Translations under genes and position numbers: made by a program
Part shown: positions 1 through 8,900 of the stretch, one piece after another
How positions within the stretch are numbered: the stretch's first letter is position 1
Layout: every line of letters starts with the position of its first letter
The notes under the pieces: generated by a model
Seen by the model: only the letters and a program-made list of their open reading frames with translations
What the model was told of the DNA's origin: nothing
The model's database searches: none
Virus record (IMG/VR): IMGVR_UViG_3300039448_000011
Span: 1-51,441 of that record
Reading direction: 5' to 3' (one strand)
From: a virus
Lineage: Duplodnaviria > Caudoviricetes
DNA length: 51,441 bases

Positions 1-60
1 AGCGAATATCAAAAAACACCAAAGCTCAGATAAGAAGGGCCAAGCACTCAGGAAAAGCTC

Positions 61-159
61 ATGACTGAAATAACTAAATCCCCTCTCTGCTGGCCTGCTA
101 TGTGGCCACGAACAGGGCAGTCAAAAAGCAAAGGCGGAAGCCTTGCCCAGCGGAGGTAA
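61..159 (+). pseudogene. Short ORF, possible N-terminal remnant of a phage J-domain-type protein
   Basis: ATG at 61 after AGGA gives MTEITKSPLCWPAMWPRT..., resembling the PLxWPxxWPRT start of that family; stops after 32 aa. Confidence 0.3.
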
Positions 160-163
160 TTTC

Positions 164-391
164 GTGCAGATAAATCCTAAGTCAAAGTCCGTAAGCTACC
201 GGCTTGAAAAGCTGGAATGTATTGAAGATTCGCTAAATGAAATAGAGAGAATAGCTCTTGAGGGTGACGGGGTAAGTGGTCAATCTGCTAGAGGAATCGT
301 TAACAGTCTTAACGCTATCCGAGATGACTTGTGTATGAAGCGAGGCGTTCAGCGGCACCTGAAGTTTGCTCCAGGATTGAAGCAAAAATAA
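164..391 (+). CDS. Hypothetical protein
   Basis: GGAGG at 152-156 precedes in-frame GTG at 164; stop TAA lies in a TAAC box. Confidence 0.65.
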   Translation: MQINPKSKSVSYRLEKLECIEDSLNEIERIALEGDGVSGQSARGIVNSLNAIRDDLCMKRGVQRHLKFAPGLKQK

Positions 392-410
392 CTTACAGCG
401 CGTTATGCGC
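386..410 (-). repeat. Collapsed attC-like site (R boxes only)
   Basis: AAATAAC-9 nt-GTTATGCGC; GTTATGCGC (402-410) is complementary to GCGCACAAC (756-764) at 8/9 positions. Confidence 0.55.
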
Positions 411-421
411 GAGGTTTTTAA

Positions 422-775
422 ATGAAAGCGAGAATCGAAAAAAAGGTATGTAAACGACTTGTGCAAGTTTCACCAAAGTTATTCGAAGACGCGTGGAAAG
501 AAGCCTCTAGCGAGATAACCGAGTTGGCGCACAAGCAAGGTTCAAGAGTCAGCGGAATATACCTGATTGGAGGCGGGCTTGATTATTGGGGTGAAGGAAC
601 GGACGCAGAGACACCACTACAATTCATGCGCTCTCATTTTCACTGGATAGGAAAATTTCCAAATTACCCCGAAGGCCATAAGTTTTCTAATCATCCAGAT
701 ACTCAAGGGTTTAAGCCAACAACTCGAAATTTGATTAATCTTGCGCGGAAGTATTGCGCACAACCCAAGTTTTAA
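422..775 (+). CDS. Hypothetical protein, cassette-borne
   Basis: 117-aa ORF with GAGG RBS, bounded by complementary R boxes. Confidence 0.85.
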   Translation: MKARIEKKVCKRLVQVSPKLFEDAWKEASSEITELAHKQGSRVSGIYLIGGGLDYWGEGTDAETPLQFMRSHFHWIGKFPNYPEGHKFSNHPDTQGFKPTTRNLINLARKYCAQPKF

Positions 776-779
776 CCGG
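756..779 (-). repeat. Truncated attC-like half site
   Basis: GCGCACAACCCAAGTTTTAACCGG resembles the arms at 1049 (TAACCCCGGAATAACCGG) and 1360 (TAACCCCAAGTTTTGCGG); the partner arm is missing. Confidence 0.55.
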
Positions 780-793
780 AGAGGAATGTAGAG

Positions 794-1054
794 ATGAGCG
801 ATAGCGAAGAACGGAAAGACGAGTCCGAGTTGAGCGCCTTGTTAGCTGCGCATAAGCATAGAGAGATTAAAGTTTTTAAAGATGAACTGGCTGAAAAACT
901 TGATGAACTGGCTGATGTTTGCGAGCACTGGAAAAAGAACAGGGATAAAGGGCGAAACCCAAACGGCATAAGAGCAGCACTGCTTTATTTAGTTAGTGAA
1001 ATAGAAATAATGCGGAGCATGGAAGAGGCCATAAAAGTTTCTTGTGACAGCTAA
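794..1054 (+). CDS. Hypothetical protein, cassette-borne
   Basis: 86-aa ORF with GAGGA RBS; stop lies within the TAAC of the next attC-like site. Confidence 0.8.
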   Translation: MSDSEERKDESELSALLAAHKHREIKVFKDELAEKLDELADVCEHWKKNRDKGRNPNGIRAALLYLVSEIEIMRSMEEAIKVSCDS

Positions 1055-1111
1055 CCCCGGAATAACCGGACGAGCGCCAGCGAGTTCCGCTGGTTAATTC
1101 ATTTGTTATTT
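1049..1111 (-). repeat. attC-like recombination site
   Basis: Minus strand AAATAAC-AAATG-AATTAACC...GGTTATT-CCGGG-GTTAGCT fits R''-5-L''(8)...L'(7)-5-R'. Confidence 0.85.
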
Positions 1112-1125
1112 ACCATAGGTGAGCT

Positions 1126-1365
1126 ATGACGAAAGTTGCAGTTATTGGCGGTGGCCGATACTCCGAAGAGGTAGCGAAGATGCTAGCCGAGTTAGAAGGC
1201 ATTGAAGTGGTTGATGCTAAGAATGTTAGTAAGTCGGATGTACTGTCTATCTGCCCGACTGGGCATGAAGACTTCTCCAGCCTGAAGGTTCGAGCAGAGC
1301 CACTACTGGAGAACAACGAAACGTGGCGCGGTAGAGGAAAGCGCCGTAAGCCTATGTGTAAATAA
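1126..1365 (+). CDS. Hypothetical protein, cassette-borne (VAVIGGG N-terminus, basic C-terminus)
   Basis: 79-aa ORF with AGGTGA RBS; ends GTTATTTAC/GTAAATAAC are perfectly complementary. Confidence 0.8.
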   Translation: MTKVAVIGGGRYSEEVAKMLAELEGIEVVDAKNVSKSDVLSICPTGHEDFSSLKVRAEPLLENNETWRGRGKRRKPMCK

Positions 1366-1415
1366 CCCCAAGTTTTGCGGCAGCTTTAGCTGTCCGAAAG
1401 AATGGGTTGTTATAC
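1360..1415 (-). repeat. attC-like recombination site
   Basis: Minus strand GTATAAC-AACCC-ATTCTTTC-GGACAGCTAAAGCTGCC-GCAAAAC-TTGGG-GTTATTT; unpaired C in L'' and unpaired A in GGAC as in canonical attC. Confidence 0.85.
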
Positions 1416-1422
1416 GTGAATA

Positions 1423-1680
1423 ATGGAATTGATTATGACTAAGCACATATTTATTTTAGCTGGTTCTCATAAAGAAGCCGCACACTTAGCAAGAGAAAAA
1501 GGATTACACCCTAGCAACTGGACTTTTTTACACAAGCCAGAACAGTTACGCGGTTTGCGTGGCAACCCTTATATTCGGTACGGTACGTGGAGATATCAAA
1601 GGTTTATTAATGATATAGAGAGAATGCTAGTTGAACGTGAAATGCAAGAATGCACAGACGTAAGAATTAAAGACGTATAA
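1423..1680 (+). CDS. Hypothetical protein, cassette-borne (start may be 1435)
   Basis: 85-aa ORF; ends GTTATACGT/ACGTATAAC are perfectly complementary. Confidence 0.8.
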   Translation: MELIMTKHIFILAGSHKEAAHLAREKGLHPSNWTFLHKPEQLRGLRGNPYIRYGTWRYQRFINDIERMLVEREMQECTDVRIKDV

Positions 1681-1724
1681 CGCGCAGTACGTGTGCCGAA
1701 GGTCACACGTATGCTGTGTTATTG
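1675..1724 (-). repeat. attC-like site, terminal site of array 1
   Basis: Minus strand CAATAAC-ACAGC-ATACGTGTGACCTTCGGCACACGTAC-TGCGC-GTTATAC; both R boxes overlap stop codons of convergent genes. Confidence 0.75.
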
Positions 1725-2006
1725 CTTGGGTATTACGATGATTTCAATATCAGGCATGGCGAACTTGGCGCGATCAACAAACCGAGCTTCATCCGGCTTG
1801 CAGATCAGCGCAATAACAGGCATTCGCCCCGTCATTTTTGAATAGTAAAGCGCCTGCCCTATTGCCTCTGCCCATTTGTTGCACCAGTCGAATTCGATGG
1901 CGTGAGTGGGGGTAAGGCAATCAACACGAGTGCGATCAGACAGAGTGATTTCAATCTGGCCGTTCATGTGTGGGCAATACGTTTCAACGTAGTCAGCTTC
2001 CATCAT
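1719..2006 (-). CDS. Small PD-(D/E)XK-like nuclease-fold protein
   Basis: RVDCLT..HAIEFD...KWAEAIGQALYY motif pattern. Confidence 0.6.
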   Translation of the reverse strand: MMEADYVETYCPHMNGQIEITLSDRTRVDCLTPTHAIEFDWCNKWAEAIGQALYYSKMTGRMPVIALICKPDEARFVDRAKFAMPDIEIIVIPKQ

Positions 2007-2181
2007 CGCATTGCTCGTTGGCGGCTAAGGTGTTTATAGCTGCAATATAGCCCAAGCGGAATGACATTGCGTCAACGATAAGCGGGTGACCCTCACTTAG
2101 GTCGGATATCGGAATGAGGGCCTTCTTTCCGCACGACAAGCGGGTGAGTATAGAGGTTTGAGTGATTGCTAAGACTTCCAT
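1993..2181 (-). CDS. Hypothetical protein
   Basis: AAGGAG RBS upstream of ATG at 2181; overlaps the start of the next gene. Confidence 0.6.
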   Translation of the reverse strand: MEVLAITQTSILTRLSCGKKALIPISDLSEGHPLIVDAMSFRLGYIAAINTLAANEQCDDGS

Positions 2182-2314
2182 GATTATATTCTCCTTATTG
2201 ATAGGGGTAATATTATTGTAATGGTGCGTAACAATCATCGTTCACATAAAGACAATTTATCCAGATTGGAAAAAGTGGCAGTATTTGTCCAAATTAGAAA
2301 AACTGGGTAACAAT

Positions 2315-2761
2315 ATGCATAGTGCTGACGATTTCGGAACACGATTGAGGCAGGCACGTAAGGAGGCGGGCTTAACGGTAAAATGGATGGTTGACTTTCT
2401 GAATGGATATTTTGTTAGTGCAGGAGGCAGGCCGATAGGAGTTCAAACGTACTACAGCTGGGAGCGCATCGGCACACCCAGAGAAGTGAGCGGTAAGGCA
2501 TACCCCCACCCTGGCATCTACAAGCTGATGCTAATTCCACTGGGGGTTACTGGGTATTGGCTGTTCAATGGTGACATGGGCGGAAGGATAGTTAAGAGCA
2601 GGGAGGATTTACCGACACTGGAAGGTATAGACTATGGTATCGAGCAGAAGCACGCCATCCAAACGGGCGATAAGCTTAGAATTGAATTTAACAGAGTGGC
2701 TGGCAAGATGAATACGCATCAAAAACGCGGGCTTCTTGAGCTACTAAGGGCGACAAGATGA
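2315..2761 (+). CDS. XRE-like helix-turn-helix protein
   Basis: FGTRLRQARKEAGLT...SWE...LGVTGYWL pattern. Confidence 0.75.
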   Translation: MHSADDFGTRLRQARKEAGLTVKWMVDFLNGYFVSAGGRPIGVQTYYSWERIGTPREVSGKAYPHPGIYKLMLIPLGVTGYWLFNGDMGGRIVKSREDLPTLEGIDYGIEQKHAIQTGDKLRIEFNRVAGKMNTHQKRGLLELLRATR

Positions 2762-2982
2762 CACTTTGGTCTGATGAATTCTGGGGGCTGCTCATGGGTA
2801 GCTATATATTGAGCATTATCATTGTTTTGTTTTCTGGCGGAGTACCCACAAAGTGGCAGACGTGGCCCATGGTTCACTTGGTTGCGCTCTCCTTTCCGAT
2901 ACTTGCAGTCGCCTCCTCCGTTCTGGTTGCCATCCCTGGCTTAATGGTTCTTGGGCTTATTGTGGCAGCCACCACTAGGTAG
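2758..2982 (+). CDS. Small membrane protein
   Basis: ATGA overlap with upstream gene; two long hydrophobic stretches. Confidence 0.6.
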   Translation: MTLWSDEFWGLLMGSYILSIIIVLFSGGVPTKWQTWPMVHLVALSFPILAVASSVLVAIPGLMVLGLIVAATTR

Positions 2983-5900
2983 CATTAATAGCCCTTAGCT
3001 TGGGCGTCACCTTTTCTATGAGCTGGTTGCGTCTAAGTTTCAGTAGGTCAATCCGTCTACGCTTCTCTTCACCGCTCAAATCCTTATTCTTTTCGATGGC
3101 CTTGATTCGATTTCTAATATCCTGAAGTCTGCGGTTAACTTTATTCATTAGTTTTCTCATGCCTATCAGGTCGCCATTTTCTTCCATCACTTCAGCTTGA
3201 GAGGATAAATCTCCCTCTTCCCTGTAGCGCTTCAGGTCGGCATAGAGCCTATCCGCCTTGCGGATTGAGTCATAAAACAACTCTGAATCTTGTGTGTAGG
3301 TTGGACGGCCGGCATCGCGATAAAATCTACGAATCGGCTGGTATTCAGTCCAATATTTGGCGGGCTTGTCGCTTTCAGCAAGCTGGCCAATCACCATGTC
3401 CGGTATAGCAACACCCCAAGCGCCAACCTGACCAAGGAAGCCGCCAATCAGGTAGTCCATCTGGACTGGTGATAATGCATAGTTTGAGTCATCACCAAAC
3501 ACACCTGTAGAAATGGAGCTTAACCCTCTGGCTGCAAGGGTCGTATCTTCTTTTGTTCGATTCCCCTTGCTTAGGCGCTGCTGCCCCATGGTTTCAATCT
3601 GCCGCCCGGTGAACGAATCTTTGTTCGCATACACATCAAGCACTGGCTGAAACATTTGTGGCACCGGGCTAAACGAAAATGTCCCTGTTAGCATATGGCT
3701 AATACGCTCTCTGAATAACTTTCCTGTGGCGGTATCATCAACGGCCTGTTGAAGCAGGCGTTCAGTTATTGTCGCAATAGCGCCGACCTCAAACGGCTTC
3801 GGTATCGTAATTACATTATCGGTTCCGGGGATACGAAACCACCAGTACGAGTCTTTAAGCCAATCCGGTGCCTTCTTGTAGTCTTCGTCGTCTTGGTTGT
3901 GCAGAAACAATGCCATGGTCGCTGCAGACAGCGCACCAACGACCGCGGTAAATCTAGCCGCCGCTTTCTTATCATTAACACTGGCTTCGATTTTTCCTAT
4001 GCCGAGCATTTGCGCAGCGACTTTCGTTGTCGGCTTCACGCCTGAGCGGTAGAGTTTATCCAGACCTTGGAGTCGAGCGTTCAGAAACGGCACCACATCG
4101 ATCAAGAAACGAATTGCGGGCCATGCCCCGTGCGCTGAAAAGTCCATTAGATCTCTAGCCTGAAATGCAGAGTAGAGCGTACCCTTGCCAGCATCCTCAG
4201 ATTGCTTGAATGCCGCCGCGCGGTTTACGTTCTCAAGGCTGTTGTTCACATCTTGCCAGCGGTCCCAGCCTGCCTTGAGTGGTTTAAGCCCAAGCTTAAG
4301 TAGCTGCTTAGGATCTTTAATTACTTTGGCTCTGCGCATCTGACCGTCAATCTGGTATCGGATTGAGTCGGCATCTTCACCATAAACATGACCAAACGAA
4401 AACGCCCCACCCGTTGCCATTAGCCTTGCTCGCTCGTACCCGTTCCGATCCAGCAAGCCAAATGACTTCAGGCCCTGAGTGACGTTGCCAACCGCATTCT
4501 TACTCATGTCGGTCACCGCTACGGCGCTCATGGAGTCACGAAGCAGGTTGGCCACAACAAACTGAGGTGTACTGGTGGTTAGATTTGTAAAGGTTCTTTT
4601 AAACCAGCGCATTGCGGTCATTGCGTAACCATTCATTCCGGTATGGTTAAGGCTGGTCAGTGACGAATAGACCATGGGATCAACTATGTCGTACCACTCT
4701 TTTTCGCCATTACGAAGAATGAATGTGCTTTGCTTCTTGTCGCGCGCAGCCTCGGAGGTCTTCTCTGCAACACCAAGATCAACCGCGTTATCAACCCCTT
4801 GTTTGGCAGCCATGTTTTTCAGACTGGCATCAACCAGGTGGTGAAAGTTCATTAGGGTGTTTTGCAGGAGGTCATTTAGATTTTGAGTGCCGCCTTTCAG
4901 CTTCTTATAAGCTTGCTGGCGACTAAGCCCGCCCATCACTCTTGGGCCGGTCGTGTCTGTGTTGTCTTCATCCAACCGGTAAAATGGGACATAAAACTCG
5001 TTCGACCACATATCCCGATTTTCAGCAGTGATAACCCCGGATTCTTCAGCGATAGCTAACACGTCATCACGGTATTGCTGAAACTCCTTAAATACAGACT
5101 CGTAAAGCTTCGACCGTTCACGGCCGTCTTTTAGATTTCCGCCATCTAAACTCTTGAGGGCATCAATATCCTTCTGAGAGAACAGATTCTCTCGACCTTC
5201 CGCCATTAGCTTTTCGCCACGATTACCGGCGATCCAGCCCATGAAGCGCTCAACCTCAGCGCCAGAGCCAAGCTTATTAAGCGTATACATCAAACCTTGG
5301 CTGTCTTTTTTAACGTCGACAATGCCATCACCATTCATGAAGATTCGGCCAGCATTCATCATTGCCGATACGGCACCAGAGGCAGCATTGCTCATCTTGG
5401 CGCGCGCCCAAGCGGAGCGGGTTATATTCTCCTCACTGGTGATATTACCGTCGAGCAACTGCTTATCCAGCTCCATTAATCCGGCGTAGCGGTCAACCAA
5501 GCCCTGACGGACCTTTAGGCGCCAGTCATCCATAACGCCGCGTACCTTTTCAGCGGCGGATTCGATAGGGCCCTTTGGTCCTATTTTTGAAAGCGCCTCT
5601 TTCTGATCATTGCTAAGACTGCTATCACTAGCAAGGTCGTCAGATAGACGCATTAGAGCTGAATCTCCACGAGCCGGTTTGCGGTACATGGATTCACTGA
5701 TTTCAAAGTCTTTATTTCGCCCTTTATTTTCAATAAATCCAAAGCGCTTATAAAAACCAATGAGTCGTGATCGTGAAGTTGTTCCTTGAAAGTCATCCTT
5801 CAGCGCAGGGGATAGCGCAACAATTTTGGAGTTTTCATCGGCATAACCAATTATCATTTCTAGCGCCTTTGTGCCGATGCCGGAATTTCGATATTCTTTA

Positions 5901-8900
5901 TCAACTATAATCGAATCAAGTTTAATTTTTCCGCGAGACTCGTAAAGCGATATTGTTTTGATACCCTTTACGCCTTCAATCTCGCTTCGCAATTCGTCGA
6001 TATTTTTTGCATTGCCACCCTTGCCAACCGACGCAAGCGGCTTACCAGCCCCCTTACCTTCGTTACCGTACTTCTTAAGATGCCGTCTGCCCCTCTCGAT
6101 CAGTGCCAATGTATCGGTATCTGTCCAGTCGATATCAGGATTAATTCGGCGAATAAGGTCACGCAATGCAGCAATCATGCGACGCACAAGGCCCATCTTG
6201 CGGCCCTTTTCCGCCAAGTGTGCAATGTACTCCAGTACCGCAATGCGACGCTCTTCCTGATTATCGTAATTAAAATCATACCTTGAGATTTCTTTGTCGA
6301 TAGCGGGCTGGCCAGCGCGGTAATAAATCTCATCCAGCATGGCAAGGTATTCCTTACCACCGGCTTTTTCATTGGCCTTCAGGTAGCTAATGACACCACC
6401 ATGACCAATCACTTCATGGAGAAAAACACGCTTAGCATGGTGCTTGTCAATGATATTCCCGGCAACGATATATGTCTTTCCGGTTTTCGGATCATAAACA
6501 CCTTCGGATTGATTGAAGTGAGTACCAAGCTCAAGCTTTAATTTCCCCGGGAGATCTAGGCTAGTTTCAACAATCTCAATTGAACCCATCCCGCCAGTCA
6601 TATCCTTAAGCCATTCACGAACTTGGCTAGCGGTATTTTTTCGCTTAATACCAGAGGCGTTTCCAGTTTGTATTTGGCTTGAGAGAGATTTGATTTTTTC
6701 GTCTACATCTTTGGATAAAGATGCTAGTGCTTGCCCGTCAGGCTTATCAATTACAATAACCTTGGTATTGACGCCGGTAGGATTTAAAGATGATTTAAAT
6801 GCACCTTCAGGCAGAGACTGCTCCTCCGCGCCAAGTTCATCAAGCAACTCTCTGAATTTTTTATTTTTACTATTCTGTCTATCGCCTGCCATGCTGGACA
6901 CGATGGCGACAAGCCTTCCACCGGGCTTTAGGTGTTTATAGGCATGTATAACGTGGTCAATATCTTGATCCTTGCTAAATGGCGGGTTCATTAGAACTCT
7001 GTCGTACTCGGCCTTCGGTTCTAGCTCTAAAAAGTCATCACCAATAAGCTTGTGGCCTTTTTCTTTAAGAATTTCGCGAAGCTGGCCAGCAAGTTCCACG
7101 GTGTCTACGTCGGCACCACTTGCCTTCGCTTCATCTGCAAGTAAGCCATTGCCTGCAGAGGGTTCCAATACCTTCATGCCATCTTCAATATTGGCTAAGT
7201 CAGCAATTTCAACAGCTGTTGATTCCGGCGTCGGAAAGAAATCATTAAAGGCCTTCCGATTACCAAGCAAGGTTCTTTGTAGTGCCTGTTCAAGGTCGGC
7301 TAACTTGGTCTTGCGCTTCGGTCCTTCGGCCGATTTTTTAAGCTTGATAAATTCAGTTAAAACCGCCCGCAGAGTCGGAAGATTCTTAATTCCCATGCGC
7401 TCTAGCCGCTTGCGATTCATTGCCACATCATAGTGAGTGGTGTGCTTTTCTCCATGCTTAGTGACGAACTCTAATACCTTATCCCTCACTCTGGCGGGAA
7501 TGATAATGGGCTTTCCGTCTTTCGCGGAGCGAGCCTGAGCGCGCAATGCGTTCGCTGCTTGCTTAAATCCTTTGGTCGATTCCATTTTTTGAGCTAAGTC
7601 TTTAGCTGAATCTGGGTAATAGGTTTGCATTGGTAGCTGAGCAAACTGAACCATTTGCTCAGGTGTTACGCCTGACGCCCAGGAGCGGCGACTCATTCGA
7701 TCGCTCTCAAACAATTCCGGATCAGCATCGTAAATAAGTCGATTAGCCAGACTGTTAAGTAGCTCGATCTGTACTTTCTGATTAGCGTTTTTTAGGAGTG
7801 GATGGCCACCTTCTGAAATTTCCGCCATCACTTTGGCAAGTGTTTTTTGTGTCTCTGCTCGCGCAACTGCACCCGCTGCCATGTCGGCACGGCGCAGGGT
7901 GTTCGTATTCCGATCGGCGTTAAGGTTTTCGTCCGCATCCGACTTTAGCCGCTCGGCAATGTCACGCATTCTATCCGATGCGCGCTCAAGCTTTTGTTGT
8001 CTTCGCTCTTCGGATTTTTCGGATAGGTCGGCATCCTCGCCTTGCATCCAGTTCTTAAACTGATTGGCCTGTTCAATTGAGGGGAAGTAAAAGTTTCCGC
8101 GCCAATACCCACCGCTCATCGATCGAGCCATCGCGGCCGATTCTTTAAATTTATCCTTGCCTAGCCGATCAATTACCTTCACGTTAAAGATGATCTCACC
8201 GGTTTTGCCGTGAGTGCCCTCTTCCGGCTCACCCATTGCCACCGGCTCGTCAGATTGAAACCCCTTTCTCACATCCTCAATTGGAGTGTCACTCATCGCC
8301 TTTTCTGCAATAAGACGATCATACTGAGTTCGCTGTTCTAAACTCAGAGACTCGAAACCCCGAAGCTTTATAGCGTCCCTAAATTCTTCGAGTGTCTGCG
8401 GGTCCTTTAGTCCGTCAATCTGTTTTTTTCGCTCAGCTATAGCAGCGTCAATATTTTCCTTTCGCTCTCTGGCATACTCGGCAATAGTTGCATCAGTCAA
8501 TGAATCAATGTGATCTCGCGTCATCTGGGCGATGTCAGAGCCATGAGTCCATGAAATAAACACATCGCTATTACCAATAAACCGATATTTCTGAACTAGG
8601 CCGTCATAGGCCATGTTCACAAGTCTGTCTTTTTTCGTATCGGAGAAAACGTGACCGGTGGTCATCGGCTCAAGGTCAGCTTTCGTTAATTTGCGCAGCT
8701 CGGACTTGCTGGCATCAGGGTCAGTAACCAGCGCCTCAAAAGTATCGGATAGCTCCGCCCTAGTAACGGCCTCACCGCCACTTAGGCGTTTCATAACACT
8801 GTTAATTCCTTCGTGTGCCGGAAGCTGTGCAGGCTTTGTAGGTTCAGCATCAGACTCAGCCTCAACCTCAGGTTCGGCATCAGGCCCAAAATCGTCGTTC

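Noticed and set aside
1-68. Window end joins directly to window start as a closed circle
   Set aside because: No terminal overlap is visible; the join would be in frame, but other frames at the start couple better to the ATG at 61, so it cannot be supported
386-1724. Intergenic palindromes as plain terminators or CRISPR repeats
   Set aside because: No proper U-tracts, the sequences differ between sites, and the cross-matching R boxes fit attC instead
1810-1817. GCAATAAC as the partner end for the 1718 R box
   Set aside because: It lies in the middle of an intact-looking ORF with no attC arm beside it; probably chance
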